The notes below the pieces were generated by a model. The model was given only the letters and a program-made list of their open reading frames with translations. It was not told where the DNA came from and ran no database searches. Both the position numbers and the translations under genes were made by a program. A stretch of DNA of 55,344 nucleotides, taken from a virus (taxonomy: Duplodnaviria; Caudoviricetes). Positions 44,252 to 52,597 of this stretch are shown in pieces. The DNA is taken from the IMG/VR virus record IMGVR_UViG_3300020042_009027, positions 1 through 55,344 of that record, one strand, 5' to 3'. Position 1 is the first letter of the stretch, and each line of letters begins with the position of its first letter.

Positions 44252-45051
44252 TATGGTATGTATTTGCGTTGGTGAAATAGTGGGAGGTCTCCCTTGTCCG
44301 TTGTCCTCGCGTCAAGGATGATGCAGGAAGGCTCCGTGATGGCATCGGGGACTACCTTGTAGCCATGACGGGTTAACCCCTGCCACGCGCCTGTGATAAG
44401 CGATGCTTGGTTGCCGTCTGTCCAGATGCCATGACGGTGACGATGCGCCCGACAGATTACAGATGGAATACGTTTGCCCACCCTTGCGCGGGAGTGGGTG
44501 ATTGTCCCCAAGGCAATGCTATGCGCCCCTGCTTCCAGATACGAGCGGGAGGTTGCGGAGATGTGATGCGCGAAGTTAATAAGCGTTCCATTCATCTCGA
44601 TATCTAGGTTATCCCAAGCGTTCTGACCGTTCTCTGGGTTCTTCGATGCGCCTAAAATTTTACCGATGCGAATCTCATCATTCCTTGTGTGGCACTCCGT
44701 TCCTTTGATGATGTGAATACCAGCAGCCTTGCCTGTTATCGGCTGAAGGATTTCAATAACGGCAGTAGATTGGTCGCTGACATCCGCACTCATCACTTGC
44801 GTTGTGCGATGGTGAATGCCCTCAACCAAATCGCCATTGATTACCAACTCATACGGTTCGTCACCAACTGTCTTGGCAATCCACTGATGGCAATCGTCCC
44901 AGCAAGCCCACAACCACTTCTGGAATGCGTTCTGACCTATGGGGAACCCTTCGTTGGAGATGAAGTCAGACGGCCACAGTCCGACGACTGAGCCGATGTG
45001 CAAATCTGAAAGAAGAACAATTATCTTTGACTTGCTTTTTATTGGCTTCAT
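44251..45051 (-). CDS. Calcineurin-like metallophosphoesterase
   Basis: SDLH, NGDLVEG, GTECH, HH and RAHRH motifs. Confidence 0.85.
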   Translation of the reverse strand: MKPIKSKSKIIVLLSDLHIGSVVGLWPSDFISNEGFPIGQNAFQKWLWACWDDCHQWIAKTVGDEPYELVINGDLVEGIHHRTTQVMSADVSDQSTAVIEILQPITGKAAGIHIIKGTECHTRNDEIRIGKILGASKNPENGQNAWDNLDIEMNGTLINFAHHISATSRSYLEAGAHSIALGTITHSRARVGKRIPSVICRAHRHRHGIWTDGNQASLITGAWQGLTRHGYKVVPDAITEPSCIILDARTTDKGDLPLFHQRKYIP

Positions 45052-45606
45052 TTATTTATTTTCTACTAATGCGTATGGAATCTTTTCTTGATTGTAGCGA
45101 TCCATAAGCATGTATGCCGAGCTACGGAATGATTCCCATTGTGCAGGAGGTATCGTCTGACACCCCAAAGAGCTTGTTCCGTTCACACCTCCTTTATGAA
45201 TGTTGATGGCGACTCCGAAACTAGGCTTGCCACTGCGAGTGACTGGCAATTCCTCGTTCGGTGTGGCTGGTCGAAACGCAGCGTAACCGAGCGGGGACGC
45301 GATCTTGTGCTTTCCTTTGCGGTAAAGGTGAACGCCAGAGGACAACACGGCAACGTCTGGCTTTTGTTTGTCAGAATAGCTCGGGTCGGTGTTGGCATTC
45401 CAGCTCCCGAAAAAATCAGGCGCAATAATGAAAATCGCATCGTCATAGATTCCACGGTCGTTCTTGCCGACCTCACCCATCGTATCACAGTAGTAGCCAC
45501 GGATTCCGACCAGAATGACCTGATATTTCTCAATCACCCAAGTTGGCACCTTCGCAAGGATTTCATGCTTTTTGGCTTGCGGTCGGCTTGTTGGAATTAT
45601 GCTCAT
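45052..45606 (-). CDS. Probable endolysin with L,D-transpeptidase-like (YkuD) catalytic motif
   Basis: INIHKGG...SLGCQT His/Cys motif; follows holin-like genes. Confidence 0.65.
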   Translation of the reverse strand: MSIIPTSRPQAKKHEILAKVPTWVIEKYQVILVGIRGYYCDTMGEVGKNDRGIYDDAIFIIAPDFFGSWNANTDPSYSDKQKPDVAVLSSGVHLYRKGKHKIASPLGYAAFRPATPNEELPVTRSGKPSFGVAINIHKGGVNGTSSLGCQTIPPAQWESFRSSAYMLMDRYNQEKIPYALVENK

Positions 45607-45705
45607 GTTATTCGTCAATGTGAAAAAATATCCACATTATCGTGGCAATGGCAAGCGCAAAAAGTGATGCGCCAATTACTGCCTCGACAAAATGGATTGC
45701 CGCTA

Positions 45706-45837
45706 TCACTTGTCGGCGATGATTTGAATCATTGGGATCACTTCCTTGTCCAAACTAAACGATGTGCCGTCATGCTGAATTGTGCAGCTTGGCAGAATTA
45801 CTCCTAGTAAAATGAATGCGATGTATTTGATTTTCAT
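45706..45837 (-). CDS. 43-aa lipoprotein, o-spanin candidate (not in the ORF track)
   Basis: MKIKYIAFILLGVILPSC signal peptide with lipobox Cys. Confidence 0.6.
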   Translation of the reverse strand: MKIKYIAFILLGVILPSCTIQHDGTSFSLDKEVIPMIQIIADK

Positions 45838-45843
45838 AGTTGT

Positions 45844-46005
45844 TTATTTTTTTAAGATTCGATAAAGACTTGCCAAGCCGACGATTAAGCCGACAACAAG
45901 GCCGCTGATTCGTAGCGAGTATTCGATATTTTCCTGCAATGATGTTAACACGCCCAGCATAGGCGTGATGGTCCCGATTGCGCTGTGGTAAAGGTCTTTG
46001 TTCAT
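45844..46005 (-). CDS. 53-aa membrane protein, holin-like (not in the ORF track)
   Basis: MNKDLYHSAIG...ISGLVVGLIVGLASLYRILKK; ATGA-coupled. Confidence 0.6.
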   Translation of the reverse strand: MNKDLYHSAIGTITPMLGVLTSLQENIEYSLRISGLVVGLIVGLASLYRILKK

Positions 46006-46154
46006 TTAGCGTCAGCAGCTTTGATCAGACCTATGCCAGCCAGCACAGCAGCACCTGCGACGTGGAAGTCAGGGCTTGCCCCTTTCAGGAACTGGATAGC
46101 TACATTGGACACGGTGGAGACGATAATTAGGATTCCTAGTATGGTGGTTTTCAT
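46002..46154 (-). CDS. 50-aa two-TM protein, holin-like (not in the ORF track)
   Basis: MKTTILGILIIVSTVSNVAIQFL...AGAAVLAGIGLIKAADAK. Confidence 0.65.
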   Translation of the reverse strand: MKTTILGILIIVSTVSNVAIQFLKGASPDFHVAGAAVLAGIGLIKAADAK

Positions 46155-46156
46155 AG

Positions 46157-46564
46157 TTATTTATTGATTACAGCCCCAAGATGGGACATGACTGATTGAA
46201 ATGCAACACTAAAAACTTCGTCAGTTTTAGTAAGTGCAACTGCATCATTGATTCGATGTGACTTGTTCTCTTGGTCTGAAAAGATAACTCGAATGGGTGA
46301 TGCGGAGGATGGTGATTGCACACTAACGTGTTTCAACTCGGTGACACCAAACAACCGTTTAGCTTCCGCGATGACTATCGGGTCGATGAGCGCGAGTTCC
46401 TCCGTCTCAATTTGCGCGAAGGTGGGGGGCTCATTAAGTGTTTGCTCCCCATTGTAACGGGCATAGGAAACAATGCCGCCAGAACCAATCAGGATTCGAG
46501 CAGAAGTGATCCATGTTTTATCAAACAATGAAGCAACTGTAATTGGAATTGGATGCGGTATCAT
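46157..46564 (-). CDS. Hypothetical protein
   Basis: ORF tightly packed in the operon. Confidence 0.65.
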   Translation of the reverse strand: MIPHPIPITVASLFDKTWITSARILIGSGGIVSYARYNGEQTLNEPPTFAQIETEELALIDPIVIAEAKRLFGVTELKHVSVQSPSSASPIRVIFSDQENKSHRINDAVALTKTDEVFSVAFQSVMSHLGAVINK

Positions 46565-46567
46565 AAA

Positions 46568-47344
46568 TTATGGTGGTGTGTATGGGTAAATTATTGTTCC
46601 TCCTACGAGCCCTCCAATGTCGCCTGTGCCAGTAGACCCTGCCCCTAGGGCAACGTAAGCAAACGATTGAACGCTACCGCTCACATTATTTGAAAAAGCC
46701 CCGAGGAAATACCCATCATTGTATAAATAGTTACCATTAATTGAACCGTAGCCAGAGAACGTCGCTTTAGCTCCTCCTACTTCGCCATTGTTGACACTTT
46801 CTTGTCCACTGAAGATTGCGTTATCTCCATGATAACCCTCTAAGGAAGAAGAAGTGCCTGATATTGTTAGCAAGCCAAAGGTGTTTCCGCTAAGGGATGT
46901 AAAACTACCAGCTATTATGATGTAAAGCTGGTCGAAAGTCTCCGCTCCACCGAAAGTGTTATGTAAGTCAATATTGATACTGCAAGAATCTCCAGAGCAA
47001 TAGACGTTCCCTGCAAATTCCTCATATTGAGTCCAAGCAACATTATTCCCAGTGATGAGCATGCGGCTGGCTGTGGAGACAGTGCAATTTACTGTCCATG
47101 TCCTTGAGGACTGGGTTAGCCGCAGCTCGTAGCAGGTGAAGCCGCCTGTGATTGTTCGTGATGCTCCACGGAACTCAACAATATCCGTTGCTGTCGGAAC
47201 CCTGCCAGCTAGAGTAGTTAGTCCTGCGTCGCTATACCAGTTAGCCGCAAGGGTAGCGTTTGTTGATCCGCTCCCACCAAGATACAAAGTTGTCCGTGAG
47301 ATCAATCTAGTAGCGTGGATACCTGATGACAACCCTAGCTTCAT
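46568..47344 (-). CDS. Gly/Ser/Asn-rich beta-solenoid protein, possible head/tail fibre or receptor-binding protein
   Basis: MKLGLS start; ANW...VP...DIV motif; repeated A.FSG..S.N.G units. Confidence 0.5.
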   Translation of the reverse strand: MKLGLSSGIHATRLISRTTLYLGGSGSTNATLAANWYSDAGLTTLAGRVPTATDIVEFRGASRTITGGFTCYELRLTQSSRTWTVNCTVSTASRMLITGNNVAWTQYEEFAGNVYCSGDSCSINIDLHNTFGGAETFDQLYIIIAGSFTSLSGNTFGLLTISGTSSSLEGYHGDNAIFSGQESVNNGEVGGAKATFSGYGSINGNYLYNDGYFLGAFSNNVSGSVQSFAYVALGAGSTGTGDIGGLVGGTIIYPYTPP

Positions 47345-47353
47345 GTCGAGTAA

Positions 47354-47620
47354 TTAAGCAGCATTGTAGAGGATCGCTGACCCTGATGTGAATGTGAGCC
47401 CAGTGATCTCACCGTAAAAGATGGAGCCTGCAGGGAAAGTGAAGTCTGCAATGGTAGCGGAAGTAGTGAAAGCTGCTTCCCCCATAGTGAGTGCGGAAAG
47501 CACTACATCTGTCAAGGCTTGCATAGCGCAAAACTGACCCGTAATCGCAGTGGTGAAACCGTTTTTTACGAATTTGCACCCACTCTGGCCGAAGGATTGT
47601 TTGTCGATTGGTGTGATCAT
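47354..47620 (-). CDS. Small beta-rich virion (decoration-like) protein
   Basis: FPAGSIFYG...T.L..TSG...LY pattern. Confidence 0.5.
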   Translation of the reverse strand: MITPIDKQSFGQSGCKFVKNGFTTAITGQFCAMQALTDVVLSALTMGEAAFTTSATIADFTFPAGSIFYGEITGLTFTSGSAILYNAA

Positions 47621-47853
47621 CGTTGTGTCGCTTTACGTTCTACTGCAGCAAGGAAGTCTTCTTCTCCCATTTCGCCTTCCATTTCGCCTTCCATTTCGCC
47701 TTCCATTTCGCCTTCATCCTCTGAGGGTGGCAAAGGCATCCCTTCAATGGCAACTAGGGTGAGCATCCCACCTTCCACAAGGAAGGTGGAGGTAAGCTCG
47801 ACTTCACCCTCTTCGGGTAGGTTTAATCCTTCGGGTGGTTTGATCATGTTCAT
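47617..47853 (-). CDS. Small very acidic protein with (EGEM)4
   Basis: 12-bp tandem repeat x4 at 47668-47715. Confidence 0.7.
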   Translation of the reverse strand: MNMIKPPEGLNLPEEGEVELTSTFLVEGGMLTLVAIEGMPLPPSEDEGEMEGEMEGEMEGEMGEEDFLAAVERKATQR

Positions 47854-47856
47854 GTG

Positions 47857-49065
47857 TTAGAATTTTCGTTTGTTGTTAGCGAGGCTGGTGTAGTAAGCAA
47901 GCGACTTCTTGGTGTCGGACGCATCAGCAAGGTCAGGTCGCGATTGCAAGAAAGAAGTTAATGAAGCCATACGCTTCCTGTCAAGTGCCGATTTCGGATC
48001 GAACGGGGTTCCTGTAGCCTTCATGAACAAGTCGTTGGCCTCATCAACAGGGATCGCACGCATAGGAACTTCTTCCTTGGCTGCTTCGCGAGTGCTGTTC
48101 TCTCTATCATACCGTTGGTCGTCAGCTGCCTTTTGCGTCTGCGACAAGTATTCAGTAATAGAACGTAATTTTTCATCTTCGGCTGCTTCGCGAGTGCTGT
48201 TCTCTCTATCATACCGTTGATCTTCAGCTGCCTGCTTTGCCCGCGCCGTCCGACCCACGGGCGCAGCTCTCTGGCCTAGGTCTTTCATTCGTTGGTAGTA
48301 TTCCTGCTTCCCTTTGATTTGCGCAGTAGCCATGTCATCCGCTGCGCTAGCTCTTTCCGCCAGATCGCCACCCATTGCGTTAGGGAGTGTGCTCGCAACT
48401 CCTGCTGGGTCGCGTACGGCGCGAAGACCAAGGTCGACAGCTGTCCCAAAAAGACTCGCTCCTTTTTGGGCAAAGACTTTTGCTTTGTCGCCAAAATTGC
48501 GCTGCCCTTCAGGGGGTGCGTTTCTCTCGATGTCTGCGTCACGTTGCAGAGCTCTATCAAACGTGTTTTCGGTTTCGTTTATCGCTGCCTCCCTTCCCTC
48601 ATCGGTATAGAGTTTGGACGCATTGTAACCTGCTTGCGCGAGCAAAGCTTTACCTACTAGGTTTGGTGCTACTTGGCTTGCTACGGCTGCAGCAACTGGT
48701 GTTACATTCCGCATACCCCCGCCTCCGCCTCCTAGTCGCGGTATTACCGACTCAGGTCTTACGATCATTCCCGACTCAGGTCTTACGATCATTCCCGACG
48801 CAGGTCTTACGATCATTCCCGACTCAGGTCTTACGATCATTCCCCCGCCTCCCCCTGTGCCGCTCTTAATGATTGCAGTATTAGGGGTTACGTTTTTCGG
48901 GGTGCCTGCGCCAGATTTTAAGTCAGCCGCAGCGGCTTTAGTGGCAGCACCGCCACCCTTACCCTTAGGGGTTTTTCTTGCATCTTCAAGGGCTGCTTTT
49001 TCACGGGCAGCTTTTTCACGGGCAGAATCTTCAATGACTGCTTTTTCAAAAAGACTTAGTGCCAT
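47857..49065 (-). CDS. Low-complexity hypothetical protein with (MIVRPESG)4 and a duplicated DQRYDRENSTREAA
   Basis: 402-aa ORF; 24-bp tandem repeat x4 at 48747-48842. Confidence 0.7.
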   Translation of the reverse strand: MALSLFEKAVIEDSAREKAAREKAALEDARKTPKGKGGGAATKAAAADLKSGAGTPKNVTPNTAIIKSGTGGGGGMIVRPESGMIVRPASGMIVRPESGMIVRPESVIPRLGGGGGGMRNVTPVAAAVASQVAPNLVGKALLAQAGYNASKLYTDEGREAAINETENTFDRALQRDADIERNAPPEGQRNFGDKAKVFAQKGASLFGTAVDLGLRAVRDPAGVASTLPNAMGGDLAERASAADDMATAQIKGKQEYYQRMKDLGQRAAPVGRTARAKQAAEDQRYDRENSTREAAEDEKLRSITEYLSQTQKAADDQRYDRENSTREAAKEEVPMRAIPVDEANDLFMKATGTPFDPKSALDRKRMASLTSFLQSRPDLADASDTKKSLAYYTSLANNKRKF

Positions 49066-49115
49066 AAGTTATCGTGGTTAAGGGTAAGGGTAAGGGTGTT
49101 AGTGTTAGTGGGTGC

Positions 49116-49508
49116 TTAGGATACGCGATACCAGCCAGTCCCATTGCTGAGAATGCGGGCAGATGCTCCTGCGGAAATCGCTTCGGTCCCAGCGGCAAGG
49201 GTAGGTAGGGTAGCTGCGCCCGAACCGTCGTTGATTACAAATAGTTCACGAAGCACACCAGAAGCGGCGGGCAAGGTGAGGGTACTTGTAGAACCTCCAG
49301 AGATAACCAATACGCGGGTGCTGATGGTAATACTACCAGCATCGGTATCGGTTGTGATATCATCTGAATTAATACCGTTAATCTGGTTCAAAGCAATCTT
49401 ACGGACTTTAGACGAGCCAGTGGCATTAGGGTCGTAGACGGGGAACAAGTCGTCGCCTGTTACGGTAGTGAGTTGGGCAAGAGTTGGGAGATCGTCAAGA
49501 GTTGGCAT
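49116..49508 (-). CDS. Capsid decoration / head fibre-like protein
   Basis: Directly downstream of the major capsid gene; TLTLPAAS...VIN...SNGTGW beta pattern. Confidence 0.6.
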   Translation of the reverse strand: MPTLDDLPTLAQLTTVTGDDLFPVYDPNATGSSKVRKIALNQINGINSDDITTDTDAGSITISTRVLVISGGSTSTLTLPAASGVLRELFVINDGSGAATLPTLAAGTEAISAGASARILSNGTGWYRVS

Positions 49509-49543
49509 AATTTTTGTGGGTGTGTATGTTTGTGAAAGGGTTA

Positions 49544-49572
49544 AGCCACCCCCGCTGTGGGCAGGGGTGGCT
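49544..49572 (-). terminator. GC-rich hairpin after the major capsid gene (terminator or mRNA stabiliser)
   Basis: agccacccc...ggggtggct 9-bp stem; U-tract is weak. Confidence 0.55.
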
Positions 49573-49579
49573 AGATCAA

Positions 49580-50896
49580 TTAAGCAGCAGGCGTGGTGGA
49601 ATCCCGTTTGAAGAGGACAACGTAGCCGAACTCAGTTTTGATCGGCTTGCTTGCGCTGGCGAGAACGCCACGGAAGAAACCAATCGTGCCATCTGGGTTG
49701 AGGTCAACCGAAGGAATGTTCTTCCAGTTGAACTTACCGCGATAGTTGACGGGGTCGAACGTCAGACCATTGGAGCCCGAGATGGGGTCAGGAATCTGCG
49801 ATTCCATCACGTCTTGGTGCAGGACATACAGTGCCTCATGGGTAGCAGTTTCGTAGCTCGCGTTCAGACTCACCACACCATTCGTCATGGAGTATGGTTG
49901 CACGCGCTCAAGGCCACCATTACCATCGTCAGTGAAACGCGGGGCGAGGTCATCGATCAAGTGGTAGAAACCACGGAACGATTTCTCAACACCGAGCGGA
50001 GCGATGAGCTCACTTACCTTCGACTGGTTGTAACGAATGTCATCGCGGAAGCCAGCTTCCGTTTGCAGGAAGTAAGATGCTTCAGACGAGCAAACAATCG
50101 CAAACACAGGGCGCGCATTCTCACGACCATAGGCATTCGTTCCCGCACCGCCACGCACCAGCCTGAAGTAAAGCGAGTCCATGATTTTGTTGGAGACGTT
50201 TGCCGAGGGGGTAGTGGTACCACCACCGAAGTCGAGGAACTCGGAATTAGTGCCTTCTTTTACTGTGGAAGCAGCGTCGACAGTACCGAACACAGACGAA
50301 GTAGCTTCGCAGATCACGTAGTTTGCGCAAACGCGGTCATACTCGTCCCGATAACGCTCTTCCCAAGCATACTTGGTGCTGTCGGTCAGAGAGTCCAAGA
50401 TGGCACGGAGTTGCTCTTGGCGATGTGCAGCGAAACGCAAATCTTCCACGTTGATACGGGGAGACTCGACAACAGCACGCTTCATGCCGTATTGTTTGAA
50501 CTGACGGTTGAAGCGAATGAACGATTTGCCGTTGGCGTTGTTTGTGCCTGCACCGATCATCGTGTCACGAGCACCTGTCAGAATCTGGTCTGGGGTGTTG
50601 GTAGTCAAGATGGATGCACTTTCGCCGCCGCCGACATCAATCCAGTTCATGCCGATGACAGAAGCATTGTTTAAGTTGGTAGTGGATGGGAGTGCGCGGT
50701 CATAGATGAGCGTTCCAAGCTGGTAACCCATTCCTTCAGGGAATTTGGTTTGCTTGATCAAGTCCATCCACGGAGAGGTGTGGAGAGTGCGACGATGGAT
50801 GTCTGGCCCGATGCGATTCGCTTCTTGGGTCAGAATAGTGTTGATAGCGTCATCCGCTGTTGATTGAGTAAAGGTTTGTCCTGCGACGATAGCCAT
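49580..50896 (-). CDS. Major capsid protein
   Basis: 438 aa; portal-scaffold-capsid gene order; own promoter and downstream hairpin. Confidence 0.8.
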   Translation of the reverse strand: MAIVAGQTFTQSTADDAINTILTQEANRIGPDIHRRTLHTSPWMDLIKQTKFPEGMGYQLGTLIYDRALPSTTNLNNASVIGMNWIDVGGGESASILTTNTPDQILTGARDTMIGAGTNNANGKSFIRFNRQFKQYGMKRAVVESPRINVEDLRFAAHRQEQLRAILDSLTDSTKYAWEERYRDEYDRVCANYVICEATSSVFGTVDAASTVKEGTNSEFLDFGGGTTTPSANVSNKIMDSLYFRLVRGGAGTNAYGRENARPVFAIVCSSEASYFLQTEAGFRDDIRYNQSKVSELIAPLGVEKSFRGFYHLIDDLAPRFTDDGNGGLERVQPYSMTNGVVSLNASYETATHEALYVLHQDVMESQIPDPISGSNGLTFDPVNYRGKFNWKNIPSVDLNPDGTIGFFRGVLASASKPIKTEFGYVVLFKRDSTTPAA

Positions 50897-51118
50897 AGTG
50901 GTAGTAGTTTAGTTGTTGGTTGGTTGATTTAGTTAAACGAAGGCAAAGTAATACACGATGAAACATTGTTGCTGGAGCGGGCAACGGGCGCATCGGCCTT
51001 GGCATCCAAAAAACTAACCTTTACCAACTACTAAGTCTCTAGAATTGCTTTATCCCCGTAAGGGGAAAGGTGCAAAGCAGACCGAGGCTTATTCGCTGAG
51101 GAAGATCGTTACGAGCGA

Positions 51119-51147
51119 AACTTACTTAAAAAGAGCAGAAGTGTCAA
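51119..51147 (-). promoter_or_regulatory. Sigma70-type promoter TTGACA-17-TAAGTT for the capsid gene
   Basis: Consensus -35 box with an AT-rich upstream element. Confidence 0.75.
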
Positions 51148-51170
51148 ATAAAATTTCATATTTTTTTAAT

Positions 51171-52283
51171 TTAACCAAATGCTGCGTTTACAGCATCAAG
51201 GAATGACCTACCAGCATCGACACCTCCTTGTGGGGGCGAGTAGCTACCGCCACCTACACGGGGCGTGGCTTTGTCATACTTCGCGAGCTGCTCGGTGAGC
51301 GCATCGATCTCCCGCTGCAACGCCATGTTGCTCTTGGCGAGGGAGGGGAACAGCTTGCTGGTGATCTGCTGGTAGGAACCAGAGATGTCATCAAGCACTG
51401 TGTGGTCGCTTGCTGCTGCCTCTTTGGTGAGTGCAGCAAAATCCACATCTGGCAAACCAGTAAGGAAGGGCAAGCGGGAAAGGAGCTTCTCACTTACCAG
51501 CTCAGCAGCTTGCTGGCGATGGGCACTGCGCTCATACGCCGCCTGTTGCAAAGTTTGTTCTTCCAAGGAGCGCGCTTCAAGCAAAGCTGCCTCGACATTC
51601 TCGTGTAGAGCCGCACGCTGGGCCATGATTGGCTTCAGGTCGTTGACAAGCTGGTAGACGCGATACTTGTCGCGGTCGCTAGCGTTGGCGAAGAGCTCGC
51701 TCAATGCCTCGTCCTGCGCTGCTTCGTCGGTCAACGCAAGCGCATCAATGACGCTGCTCTCTTCAAGCGAATACTTCTCAGCCAAGCTTCCTGCGGTAGT
51801 CAATACGTCATTGAGGGGTGCAGTAATCAGTTCTCGGTAGGCGACGGACGACTCTAGGTCGCTCACCATAGCGCGGCTCTCGTAATCTACGACTTTGTTT
51901 CGCAAATCATCGAACTCGGGATTGTTGGCGATCGCTTCGAGTTCTTGGAGTCGGGCCTCCCGCTGAGACAAAGTTCCCTCCATCTCTTCGTAGCGAGTGC
52001 GGTATTCCTTCAGTTCTGATTTCAGGGACTGGAAGCGTCTGGCTGCTTCAGGCGACCAAGAAACAGTTTCGTGTTTTGAGAGGTCGGCTCCATCAGGTTC
52101 TCCATCAGGTTCTCCAGCAGGTTCTCCTACGGGAGTAACTGGTTCCGCAGGGATGGGTGTCTGCGCTGAGGAATCGAGGCCAGCGAAGTGCGCATCGATT
52201 GAGTCGATGAAGCTGCCCTCGAAAGCGGGTGGTGCTGCTGATTGGTTGTCGGCTGCGGCTGGTGTTGCGTCTGCTGGTGTCAT
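51171..52283 (-). CDS. Probable scaffolding protein
   Basis: Acidic Pro-rich N-terminus and coiled coil; located between portal and capsid genes. Confidence 0.65.
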   Translation of the reverse strand: MTPADATPAAADNQSAAPPAFEGSFIDSIDAHFAGLDSSAQTPIPAEPVTPVGEPAGEPDGEPDGADLSKHETVSWSPEAARRFQSLKSELKEYRTRYEEMEGTLSQREARLQELEAIANNPEFDDLRNKVVDYESRAMVSDLESSVAYRELITAPLNDVLTTAGSLAEKYSLEESSVIDALALTDEAAQDEALSELFANASDRDKYRVYQLVNDLKPIMAQRAALHENVEAALLEARSLEEQTLQQAAYERSAHRQQAAELVSEKLLSRLPFLTGLPDVDFAALTKEAAASDHTVLDDISGSYQQITSKLFPSLAKSNMALQREIDALTEQLAKYDKATPRVGGGSYSPPQGGVDAGRSFLDAVNAAFG

Positions 52284-52591
52284 GGTGTGTTGTTGTTAGC
52301 GATGATGTGGCTCCATTCTTCCATAGAAGCTACTTGTTCCCGAGGGAATCTGGCTAGCTTCTCAAGGTCGCGTATGAAGTCGGTATAGCCTGCGAGGACG
52401 CACAGCGTGCGCTCGTTTTCCTCACTAGAGGAGGAAAGTGTGCGTGCAGTAGGTTGCACTGCGGCGTGTAGCGTGGCAACTGCCAGCTGCAGCACTGGGT
52501 CATCTAAGACCTCGCGTAAGCGGAGAACAGAAGGGGCGTCGAGGAACCATTGTTCCAACTTTCTTGGTATGATTGCTTTATTTCTAAACAT
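52280..52591 (-). CDS. Small hypothetical protein following the portal gene
   Basis: ATGA overlap with the scaffold gene. Confidence 0.65.
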   Translation of the reverse strand: MFRNKAIIPRKLEQWFLDAPSVLRLREVLDDPVLQLAVATLHAAVQPTARTLSSSSEENERTLCVLAGYTDFIRDLEKLARFPREQVASMEEWSHIIANNNTP

Positions 52592-52597
52592 AAAGTG

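Noticed and set aside
49078-49112. Telomere-like taaggg and gtgtta short repeats
   Set aside because: Only two or three copies each; on the coding strand they form the A/C-rich unstructured leader typical of this genome.
49514-50674. 386-aa + strand ORF opposite the capsid gene, and similar long antisense ORFs (4069-4860, 19224-20006, 52407-53195)
   Set aside because: Shadow frames produced by codon bias of the real genes; no recognisable motifs or start context.
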